Shown here: piece after piece, positions 1-9,689 of the stretch | Layout: the number at the start of each line of letters is the position of its first letter | Position numbering within the stretch: the stretch's first letter is position 1 | Source: Taeniopygia guttata | Lineage: Eukaryota | Direction: 5' to 3' | NCBI RefSeq assembly: GCF_048771995.1 | Contig: NC_133041.1 | Span: forward strand, 4,599,324 to 4,663,323 | Length of the DNA: 64,000 nt | Made by a program: the position numbers and the translations under genes | Notes under the pieces: generated by a model | Seen by the model: only the letters and a program-made list of their open reading frames with translations | What the model was told of the DNA's origin: nothing | Database searches by the model: none

Positions 1-640
1 GAAAGGGGAATTTTGGGGGAAAATTGAGGATAAATGGGAATTTTGGAGCATTTTTGAGGGAAAAGTGAGGGAAAATGGAATTTTGGAGCTTTTTGAGGGA
101 AATTTGAGGAAAAAAGGGAAATTTTGGAGCTTTTTGGGGGAAAATTGAGGAAAAGGGGGAATTTTGAAGCTTTTTGAGGGAAATTTGAGGAAAAAATGGG
201 AATTTTGGAGCTTTTTGGGGGAAATTGAGGGGAAAAGGGGAATTTTGGGGGAAAATTGAGGATAAAAGGGAATTTTGGAGCTTTTGGGGGAAAATTGAGG
301 ATAAAAGGGAATTTTGGAGCATTTTTGAGGGAAAAGTGAGGGAAAAGGGGGAATTTTGGAGCTTTTTGAGGGAAATTTGAGGAAAAAAGGGGAATTTTGG
401 AGCTTTTTGGGGGAAAATTGAGGAAAAGGGGGAATTTTGGAGCTTTTTGAGGGAAAATTTGAGGGGAAAAGGAGAATTTTGGAGCTTTTTGGGAGAAAAT
501 GAGGAAAAAAAGGGAGTTTCGGAGCTTTTTTGGGGAAAAGTGAGGATTAAAGGAAATTTTGGAGCATTTTTGAGGGAAATTTGAGGGAAAAATGGAAATT
601 TCCTTTTTGGGGGAAAATTCGGGGGTAAAGGGGATCCCAC
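1..640. repeat. Tandem satellite with a ~58-60-bp unit (ggggaattttggagctttttgagggaaa(a)ttgaggaaaa..)
   Basis: The periodicity is visible directly, and the ORFs here are low-complexity artefacts. Confidence 0.9.
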
Positions 641-2399
641 CAAGGGGTTTTGGGGGATTTCGGGCAATTTTTGATCACTTTAATTCCATTTAAGTCACTT
701 TAATGTCACTTTTGATCACTTTAGTGTAAATTTTATTCATTTTAAACTCATTTTTACCCCTTTAAGGCACTTAAATGTCACTTTTGGTCACTTCAATGCC
801 ATTTTTGGTCACTTTAATACCATTTTGGATCACTTTAATGCATTTTTTTCTCCATTTAGGACATTTTAATGTAACTTTTCCTCCATTTCCTGGAACTTTG
901 CCTCCCCCTACCCAAATTTTGGGTGGGTTTCAGTCAGTTTTGGGTCATTTTCAGTCGGTTTTGGGTCATTTTCAGTTGGTTTTGGGTTATTTTCAGTCGG
1001 TTTTGGGTGGATTTCAGTCATTTTTTAGGTTTTGAGGGGTTTCACTCCTTTTCAGCTCGGTTTCGCTCATTTTTGGGTCATTTTCTCTTGGTTTTGGGTT
1101 GTTTTCGCTTCATTTTGGGTCAGTTTCACTCAGTTTTGGGTCATTTTCACTCCATTTTGGGTCATTTTCACTCCATTTTGGGTGATTTCGCTCAGTTTTG
1201 GGTGGATTTCACTCAGTTGTGGGCAAGTTTCACTCAGATTTGGGTCATTTTCACTCCATTTTGGGCCAGTTTCACTCCATTTTGGTCCATTTTGGGTCAT
1301 TTTCACTCCGTTATGGGCCATTTTCACTCCATTTTGGGCAAGTTTTCCTCCATTTTGGGCCAGTTTTACTCCATTTTGGGTCATTTTATGTCATTTTTAC
1401 TCCATTTTGGGTAATTTTCACTCAATTTTGGGTAATTTTCACTCCATTTTGTGTTGGTTTCACTCAATTTTGGGTCATTTTCACTCCATTTTGGGCCATT
1501 TTCACTCAATTTTGGGCCATTTTCACTCCATTTTGGGTCATTTTCACTCCATTTTGAGCCATTTTCACTCAATTTTGGGTCATTTTCACTGGGTTTTGGG
1601 CCATTTTCACTGGGTTTTGGGCCATTTTCACTGGGTTTTGGGTCATTATCACTCTGTTTTGGGTCATTTCCACTCCATTTTGGGCCATTTTTACTCTGTT
1701 TTGGGCCATTTTCACTGGGTTTTGGGCCATTTTGGGTCATTTTCACTAGGTTTTGGGCCATTTTCACTCCATTTTGGGCCATTTTCACTCAATTTTGGGT
1801 CATTTTCTCTCCATTTTGGGTCATTTTCACTCCATTTTGTGCCATTTTTACTCAGTTTTGGGCCATTTTCACTGGTTTTTGGGCCATTTTCACTGGTTTT
1901 TGGGCCATTTTCACTCCATTTTGGGCCATTTTGCGTCATTTTCACTGGGTTTTGGGCCATTTTCACTCCATTTTGGGCCAGTTTTACGCCATTTTGGGCC
2001 ACTTTGGGTCATTTTCACTCCATTTTGGGTCATTTTCACTCCACCTTGGGCGATTTTTACTCCGTTTTGGGCCATTTGGGTCATTTTCACTCCATTTTGG
2101 GCCATTTCCACTCCATTTTGGGCCATTTTCACTCCGTTTTGGGCCATTTCCACTCCATTTTGGGCCATTTTCACTCCGTTTTGGGCCATTTCCACTCCAT
2201 TTTGGGCCATTTTCACTCCGTTTTGGGCCATTTTCACTGGGTTTTGTTCCATTTTCACTGGGTTTTGGGCCATTTTCACTCCGTTTTGGGCCATTTTCAC
2301 TCTGTTTTGGGCCATTTTGGTTCATTTTCACTCCATTTTCACTGGGTTTTGTGCCATTTTCACTCCGTTTTGTGCCATTTTGGGCCATTTTCCCCGTTT
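641..2399. repeat. Tandem satellite with ~21-24-bp units (cactttaatg.. then gggycattttcactcmrttttg)
   Basis: There are hundreds of near-identical units. The overlapping multi-frame ORFs (for example 1032-3338) are artefacts. Confidence 0.9.
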
Positions 2400-2602
2400 T
2401 CACTCCCTTTTCCCCTTCTCCCCCCTCCACCTGCGCAGGTTGAGCCCCAGCAGCGCCAGGTTAACCCCGTAGGTGCCGAGGCAGACCAGGCACAGGTCCC
2501 TGAGGCCGAAGAGCAGGACCCCCGCCAGCCACAGCGAGGCCAGCGCCGAGGCCACCGACGAGGCCACCAGGGCCACCGAGGCCACCCGGCCGCGCCGGAC
2601 AC
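2400..2602 (-). CDS. VKORC1: Vitamin K epoxide reductase complex subunit 1, exon 3 (terminal, includes stop)
   Basis: The minus-strand translation is GVRRGRVASVALVASSVASALASLWLAGVLLFGLRDLCLVCLGTYGVNLALLGLNLRRWRGEKGKRE*. It aligns to the VKORC1 C-terminal half (..[35 protein letters not shown]..) and includes the CxxC redox motif. The acceptor is ..ctgtggcag| at 2603-2604 (revcomp), and the phase (1 nt from exon 2) gives LLLG|V. Confidence 0.85.
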
Positions 2603-2639
2603 CTGCCACAGAGGTCACACCAGTTTGGCCCAGTTTGGC

Positions 2640-4600
2640 CCAGTTTGGTCCCAGTCTGTCCCCAGTTTGGCCTCAGTTTCCCCAGTTTGTTCCCAGTTTG
2701 TCCCAGTGTCCTCCTCAGTGTTCCCAGTTTGGTCCCAGTTCCTCCCCAGTTTGTCCCAGTTTCTCCCAGTGTCCTCCTCACCTTCCTCCACAGTTTGTCC
2801 CAGTTTCTCCCCAGTTTCTCCCAGTTTCTCTCCCAGTTTCCCCAGTTTGTCCCCAGTTTCCCCAGTTTGTCCCCAGTTTCCCCAGTTTGTCCCCAGTTTG
2901 TCCCCAGTTTGGCCCAGTTTGCCCCAGTTTGGCCCAGCCACAGCGAGGCCAGCGCCGAGGCCACCGACGAGGCCACCAGGGCCACCGAGGCCACCCGGCC
3001 GCGCCGGACACCTGCCAGAGAGGTCACACCGGTTTGGCCCAGTTTGGGCCCAGTCTGGCCCAGTTTGTCCCCGGTTTGGCCTTAATGTTCCCAGTCTGTC
3101 CCCAGTTTCTGCCCAGTTTGGCCTCAGTGTCCCCAGTTTGTCCCAGTGTCCTCCTCACCTTCCTCCCCAGTTTGTCCCAGTGTCCCCCAGTTTTTCTCAG
3201 TTTGTCCCAGTTTGTCCCCAGTCCCCTCCAATCCCCTCCCAGTCCCTCCCAGTCCCTCCCAGTTCCCTCCCAGTCCATCCCAGTATAACCCAGTCCCCCC
3301 AATCCCCCCAAAACCCCACCCAGTCCCTTCCAGTATAACTCAGTGCCCCCAAACCTCCTCCCAGTCTCTCCCAGTCCATCCCAGTAACCCCGAATTCCAT
3401 CCCAGTTCCCTGTAACCCCCTCCCAGTCCCTCCCAGTATAACCCAGTCCCCCCCAAACCCCCAAAAACCCCTCCCAGTCCCTCCCAGTCCCCTTTAACCC
3501 CCTCCCAGTCCATCCCAGTGCCCTTTAACCCTTTCCCAGTCCCTCCCAATCCCCCCAATCCACTCCCAGTCCTTCCCAGTCCCCTCCAATCCCATCCCAG
3601 TCTGTCCCAGTATAACCCAGTCCCCCCCAATCCCCTCCCAGTCCCCTTTAACCCCCTCCCAGTTCCCTCCCAGTCCCTCCCAATCCCTTTCCAGTCCATC
3701 CCAGTCCCTCCCAGTTCCCTCCCAGTCCCTCCCAACCCCCTCCCAGTCCCTCCCAGTCCATCCCAGTGCCTTTTAACCCTTTCCCAGTCCCCCCCAATCC
3801 CATCCCAGTCTGTCCCAGTATAACCCAGTCCCCCCCAATCCCCTCCCAGTGCCCTTTAACCCCCTCCCAGTTCATCCCAGTCCCTCCCAGTGCCCTTTAA
3901 CCCCCTCCCAGTTCCCTCCCAATCCCTTCCCAGTCCATCCCAGACCCCCCAATCCCTCCCAGTCCCCTCCCAGTCTATCCCAGTCCCCCCAAACTACCTC
4001 CCAGTCCCTCCCAGTGCCTTTTAACCCTTTCCCAGTTCCCTCCCAGTCCCTCCCAGTCCCCCCCAAACCCCCTCCCAGTCCCTCCCAGTGCCCTTTAACC
4101 CCCTCCCAGTCTCTCCCAGTGGCTCCCAGTCCCCCCCCAACACCCACCCAGTCCCTCCCAGTCCATCCCAGTGCCTTTTAACCCTTTCCCAGTTCCCTCC
4201 CAGTCCCCCCAATCCCCTCCCAGTCCCTCCCAATCCCTCCCAGTCCCCTCCCAGTCTATCCCAGTCCCTCCCAGTGCCCTTTAACCCCCTCCCAGCCCCT
4301 CCCAGTGGCTCCCAGTCCCCCCCAAACCCCCTCCCAGTGGCTCCCAGTGGCTCCCAGTATAACCCAGTCCCCCCCAACCCCCTCCCAGTCCCTCCCAGTC
4401 CCTCCCAGTGCCCCCCAAACCCCCTCCAAGTCCCTCCCAGTGGCTCCCAGTGACTCCCAGTCCCCCCCAAACCCCATCCCAGTCCCTCCCAGCCCCTCCC
4501 AGTCTATCCCAGTCCCCCCCAAACCCCATCCCAGTCCCTCCCAGCCCCTCCCAGTCCCTCCCAGTCCCCCCCAAACCCCCTCCCAGTGGCTCCCAGTACA
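2640..4600. repeat. Satellite (cccagtttg / ccctcccagt, ~9-10-bp unit) filling VKORC1 intron 2
   Basis: The periodicity is visible directly. Confidence 0.9.
2934..3041 (-). pseudogene. Partial duplicate (~105 bp, ~98% identical) of the VKORC1 exon 3 5' end plus its acceptor, lying inside intron 2
   Basis: Sequence 2936-3019 is identical to 2525-2608 (offset 411 bp), and the AG acceptor is retained (ctctctggcag|gtgtcc on the minus strand). Reading from this copy runs on into the cccagtttg satellite (ORF 2461-3027). Confidence 0.8.
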
Positions 4601-4622
4601 CCCCAGTGCCCGGGGTTGTTAC

Positions 4623-4732
4623 CCAGCAGCCCCTGCAGCAGGTAGAAGATCAGCCCGATGGCGCCATTGGGCACGTTCAGGGCGCTGGCCCCGCCCAGCA
4701 CCGGCTCCACCAGCCCCAGGCCACGCCCCCAC
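4623..4732 (-). CDS. VKORC1: VKORC1 exon 2 (110 nt)
   Basis: It encodes (R)WGRGLGLVEPVLGGASALNVPNGAIGLIFYLLQGLLG, matching VKORC1 [39 protein letters not shown]. The acceptor is ttttgcag|G and the donor G|GTAAC, and the 110-nt length is the same as human exon 2. Confidence 0.85.
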
Positions 4733-4849
4733 CTGCAAAAGGGGCGTGGCACCGCCGGGACACGCCCACAAATGGTTAGACACGCCCCCACGCCCATATA
4801 TGGTGTGTAACTGCGGATAAACCACGCTCCTTGTTTGTTGCTAAGCCAC

Positions 4850-5800
4850 GCCCACCACATTTACATATCCATAGATGGTCATGGCTGGGTTAAACCACAC
4901 CCCCTCAGCGAGATGCCACGCCTTCATATATGCAAATAGCCCATGCAAACATGGCCGCATGTGGAAATGAATGGAATAAACCACGCCTTCGTTTGCATAT
5001 ATGCAAATGACCCATGCAAATCATGCCTTCATGCCCATATATGGAATAAACCATGCCTCATGCCTATGTATGCAAATAAACCACACCTTCGCCCACCTAT
5101 GCAAATAACCCATGCAAACATGCCCATATATGGAAATAATAGACACAGACCACTCCTTCATGTGCATATATGCAAATAACCCATGCAAATCGCCTTCATG
5201 CCCATATATGCAAATAAACCACGCCTTTATGTCTATATATGCAAATAAACCATGCCTTCATGCCAATATATGCAAATAAACCATGCCCTCATGCCCATAT
5301 ATGCAAAAAATCCATGCAAATAACTCTTTTATGCCCATATCTGGAAATAAATTATGCAAACGATGTCCTCATGCCTATATATGCAAATAGCCCATTCAAA
5401 ACATGCATTCATATATGCAAATAAGTGACACAAACCACGCCTCCATGCCCATATATGCAAATAACCCATGCAAACAACTACTTCATGCCCATATATGCAA
5501 ATAAACCATGCCCTCATGCCCATATATGCAAATAACCTACACAAACCACCCCTGCATGCCCATATATGCAAATAACCCATGCAAACCATGCCTTCATGCA
5601 CATATATGTAAATAAACCATGCCCTCATGCCAATATATGCAAATAACCCATGCAAACCACCCCTGCATGCCATATATGCAAATAAACCATGCATTCATGC
5701 CCATACATGCAAATAACCCATGCAAACCACGCCTCCATGCTATATATGCAAATAAATCATGCAAACCACACCCCCATACCCATATATGGACACAGTATAT
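4850..5800. repeat. ~25-bp satellite (catgcccatatatgcaaataaaccatgcctt) in VKORC1 intron 1
   Basis: The periodicity is visible directly. Confidence 0.9.
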
Positions 5801-5939
5801 TTATTCATGCAATATAAATCTTTAATTAACATAAACCCCGCCCCTTATTTAAGCCACGCCTCTTCCCGTACTCCATACAAAGCCCCGCCCCTTTCTCCTC
5901 ACGGGCCCCGCCCACCACGCCCCCTAGCGAATCGCCCCG

Positions 5940-6130
5940 CCCCTCCACCACCATTGGCCGCCGCCTGACGCAAGCCCCGCCCACTCGCGTTTCCCTCACT
6001 ACCATTGGCCGCCGCCTCAGCAGGCCCCGCCCACTCAATTTTCCCGCCAACACCGCTGCCTAGCGGCCCGTCCTTCCCCTCCCCGCTATTGGCCGCCGCC
6101 TCACGCAAGCTCCGCCCACTCCCGTTCCCG
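5940..6130. promoter_or_regulatory. Three tandem modules of a CCAAT box plus GC box in VKORC1 intron 1
   Basis: The motif ccattggccgccgcc..(c)ccccgcccactc occurs three times (about 5953, 6004, 6087). Read on the VKORC1 sense strand each is a CCAAT box next to an Sp1-like GGGCGGGG site. Confidence 0.35.
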
Positions 6131-6174
6131 CCCGCCCCCTCCCGTTACTCCCGGGCCGTTCCCGGTGCTTTTAC

Positions 6175-6329
6175 CGGGAGGAAAACACCCGCGTGCAGGA
6201 CACCGAGGGCCCCAGGTCGCAGGCGGCTCGGTAGGACGGGTCCTTGGCCACCTCATGCTCCACATGCAGCGCGTACACCGACAGCGCCGCGCCCGCCACA
6301 CACAGCGCCGCCCGCAGCGCCGCCGCCAT
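6175..6329 (-). CDS. VKORC1: VKORC1 exon 1 coding part (ATG at 6327-6329)
   Basis: It encodes [52 protein letters not shown], matching VKORC1 ..[35 protein letters not shown]. The donor is CG|GTAAAAG, leaving R split across exons 1 and 2. The tracked ORF begins at an upstream in-frame GTG (6368), but the first ATG is at 6329. Confidence 0.8.
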
Positions 6330-6720
6330 CGTCCAACCCCGATTGGGCGTCGCCGCTGCCACTCCCACCTCCCCTGTCCTGTGATTGGCCGGCGCGATGA
6401 AATCCCGCCTTGTTTCCGGTTGGGGCGCGGGGGTTGTTGGGAGTTGTAGTCCCGCGGGAAGTAACAGCGCGGATGAAAAATGGCGGGAGCGCGGCCAAGA
6501 TGGCGGCGGGGAGCTGAGTGAGGGCTCGGGCTCGGCCCCGCCGCTCCGGAGCCCTCCCGGAGGCCTTTGGGGAAGGTCGGGGCTCGGTGAGTGAGGCCCG
6601 GAGGGGTCCCGGGGGTCGCGGGGGTCCCGGGGGTGGCGGGGACGGGAGGGAATGGGTGGGATGGGGGGGCGGTGACGTCACGGGGCAAGATGGCGGCGGC
6701 GGCGTGAGGGGAAGGGGGGG
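6330..6720. promoter_or_regulatory. CpG-island promoter upstream of VKORC1, possibly bidirectional with PAGR1
   Basis: It is CpG-dense and carries a reverse CCAAT box (gtgattggccgg ~6382), an ETS-like ttccgg, gggagttgtagtcccg (reverse complement ACTACAACTCCC, a ZNF143/SBS-type motif), a CRE palindrome tgacgtca (~6672), and two YY1-core motifs caagatggcggcgg (6496, 6686), each followed by a gtgag(t/g)g donor-like site. Confidence 0.6.
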
Positions 6721-6779
6721 GGGGGAGGGAAATGGTGGGAGAGGCCCTGAGGGAGAGAAATAAAGCGCCGGGATTGAAC

Positions 6780-9230
6780 TGGGATGGAACTGGGAATAAA
6801 CTGGGAAAGAGCTGGGATTAAACTGGGATGGAACTGGGATTAAACTGGGATGGAACTGGGATTAAACTGGGATGGAACTGGGAGCCCAAACTGGGAGCAC
6901 TGGGAACCCCTCATGGATCAAAATGGGAGCACTGGGATCAAACTGGGATTCTCCCATCCCAATGTGGTTTTTCCCCCTTTTATTGTGTTTTTCTTCTCCT
7001 TTTTCGCCCCTAAATCCCCAATTTTTTCCCAAATTCCCCAAACGTTTCCCAAATCCCCCCATTTTTCCTCATTTCCACCCATTTCTTCCCAATTTGTTCC
7101 CATTTTTCCCAATTTCCCCCCAATTTCCCCCTTTTTCACCAATTTTCTCCCATTTCCCAATTTCCTCTAATTTACCCCCATTTTTTCTTCCATGTTCCCT
7201 TATTTTCCCCTATTTTTTCTAATTTCCCCCCTATTTTTCCCTTTTCCCCCCATATTGTTCCCATTTCCTCCCATTTTGCTCAATTTACCCCATTTTTCTC
7301 CCATTTTCCCAAATTTTTCCCAATTTTTTCCCATTTTCCTTCATTTTCCCCCCTTTTCCCCATTTTCTCCCATATTTTCCTCAATTTACCCCAATTTTCC
7401 CCATTTTCTCCCATTTCCCTCCATTTTTCTCAATTTTTTCCCATTTATCACCATTTTTTCCCAATTCCCCCTATTTTCTCCAATTTCCCCCCATTTTTCT
7501 CAATTTTTTCCCATTTCCCCCAATTTTCCCCATTTATTCCCCATTTTTTCCCATTTCCCCCCATTTTTCCCCCCATTTTCCCAATTTCCCCCAATTTTCC
7601 CCATATATTCCCATTTTCCACATTTTTTCTCAATTTTTCTCATTCTTCCCTGTATTCTCCCCAATTCCCTCCATTTTTCCCCTTGTTTTCCCATTTTTCC
7701 CCATTTTTTCCATTTTTTCCAATTTACTCCCAATTTTCCCCATTTCCTCCCATTTCCCCCGAATTTTCCCTACTTTTCCCCCATATTATCCCAAATTTCC
7801 CCCATTTTTCCCCATTTTCTCCAATTTTTCCCCATTTATCCCAATTTTCCCCAATTACCCCAATTTGCCCCATTTTCCCCCGTTTTCTCCAATTTTTTTC
7901 CATTTTTTCCCCTTTTTCCAATTTTTTTCCTGATAAATTCCCATTTCCCCACATTTTTTTATCAATTTTTTCCTTTTTCTCTCATTTTTCCCATTTTTCC
8001 CATTTTACCCCATTTCCCCCCCATATTTTTCCCATTTCCCCCCATTTTTCCCAATTTCCTCCCATTTCCTCCCATTTTCCCCATTTTTTCCCATTTTTTT
8101 TCCATTTTTCTCAATTTTTCCCATTTTTTCCCCATATATTCCCAATTTTCTCAATTTTTCCCATTTTTTTCCCATTTTACCCCATATCTCCCCCATATTT
8201 TTCCCAATTCCCCCCCATTTTTCCCAATTTCCCCCCATTTTCCCCCATTTTTCCCAATTTCCCCCCATTTTCCCCCATTTTTCCCAATTTCCCCCCATTT
8301 TCCCCCATTTTTCCCAATTTCCCCCATTTTCCCCCATTCCCCCCCATATTTCCCCCCATCTCCCCTCCATTTTCCCCTTGTTTTCCCCCCACTTTTCCCG
8401 ATTTCCCCCCATTTTTCCCTATTTTCCCCCATTTTCCCCATATTTTCCCCATTTTCCCCCATTTTCCCCCATTTTTCCGCATTTCCCCACATATTTTTCC
8501 CTATTCCCCCCATATTTTTACCAATTTCCCCCCTTTTTCCCTATTTCCCCCCAATTTCCCAATTACCCCCATTTTCCCCATTTTTCGCAATTTCCCCCAT
8601 TTTTCTCCCCAAATATTCCCATTTTTACCCCAAATTTTCCCGTTGTTTCCCATTTTTACCCCATTTCCCCCCATTTTCCCCATTTCCCCACATAATTTTC
8701 CCAATTTCCCCCCATTTTTCTCCCCAAATATTCCCATTTTTTCCCATTTTTACCCCAAATTTTCCCATTTTTACCTCATTTCCCCCCATTTTTCCCAATT
8801 TTCCCCCATTTTCCCCCCATTTTTCTCCCCAAATATTCCCATTTTTTCCCATTTTTACCCCAAATTTTCCCGTTTTTTCCCATTTTTACCCCATTTCCCC
8901 CCCATATTTCCAATTTCCCCCCATTTTTCCCAATTTCCCCCCATTTCCCTCCAATTTCCCCCCATTTTTCCCGATTTCCCCCATTTTTCTCCCATTTTCC
9001 CCCATTTTCCCCCATTTTCCTCCATTTCCCCCCATATTTTTCTCAATTTTTCCCATTTCCCCCCATTTTTCCCAATTCCCCCCATTTTCCCAATTTCCCC
9101 CCATTTCCCCCCATTTTCCTCCCAAATATTCCCATTTTTTCCCATTTTTACCCCAAATATTCCCATTTTTCCCCATTTTTACCCCAAATTTTCCCATTTT
9201 CCCCGCATTTTCCCCCAATTTCCCCCCCAG
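6780..9230. repeat. A 22-bp satellite ctgggatggaactgggattaaa (6780-6960), then a ~20-bp pyrimidine-only satellite ccccattttcccaatttcc (6960-9230)
   Basis: The plus strand is almost free of G, so all three frames stay open (ORFs 7192-9714 and 7683-9692 are artefacts). Confidence 0.9.
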
Positions 9231-9627
9231 CCCCCCATGTCCGCCCCCCCCTCCCCCCTCCCCCCCCCCCTGCACACCCTCACCCTCACCCCTCCCCCCC
9301 CCCCCCCAAATCCCCCCAGGAACCCCCGGAACACCCCGACAAACCCCCGGAAAAAGCCCCAAAATCGCCGGAATTCGCCCCAAACCCGCCGGAGGAGGAG
9401 GAGTGGGGGGTGCCCTGGAGCGAGGAGGAGGAGGAGGAGCCCCCCGGGGGATGGACCCCCGAGCCCCCCGAGATCCGGCGCCTCTTCGAGGCCATCGCGC
9501 GCGCCGGGACCCTCCCGCTGCGGAGCGGCCCCCTGCCCCGCCGCCAGCCCACCCCGGAGCCCCCCAGCGACCCCGAGGACGGGGGGGACCCCGCCCAGAG
9601 CCCCCCCCAGCGGCCCCCCGAGATCAA
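9231..9627 (+). CDS. PAGR1: PAXIP1-associated glutamate-rich protein 1, first coding exon (5' boundary and start unresolved)
   Basis: Frame 2 encodes ..EEEEWGVPWSEEEEEEPPGGWTPEPPEIRRLFEAIARAGTLPLRSGPLPRRQPTPEPPSDPEDGGDPAQSPPQRPPEI(K), matching human PAGR1 ..[55 protein letters not shown]... The donor is AA|GTACAC at 9628. The candidate ATG at 9237 (preceded by the acceptor-like ttcccccccag) is in frame 0 and would join frame 2 if the C17 homopolymer at 9291-9307 were one base longer. Confidence 0.65.
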
Positions 9628-9689
9628 GTACACTTTGGGGCAAAAAATGGGCGTTTTGGGCAAAAAAAAAGGGGATTTTTAGGTGGTTT

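Noticed and set aside
1032-3338. A 768-aa plus-strand ORF and many overlapping ORFs in all frames (for example MRGFTPFQLGFAHFWVIFSWFW..)
   Set aside because: They are translations of 21-24-bp and 9-bp satellites. The sequence is low complexity and the periodic peptides overlap in all frames on both strands, so these are not genes.
6385-6594. A plus-strand [17 protein letters not shown].. in the VKORC1 CpG island
   Set aside because: It has no homology and lies in the promoter CpG island, so it is more likely a UTR or promoter. Both ATGGCGGCG starts hit a stop within 6 codons.
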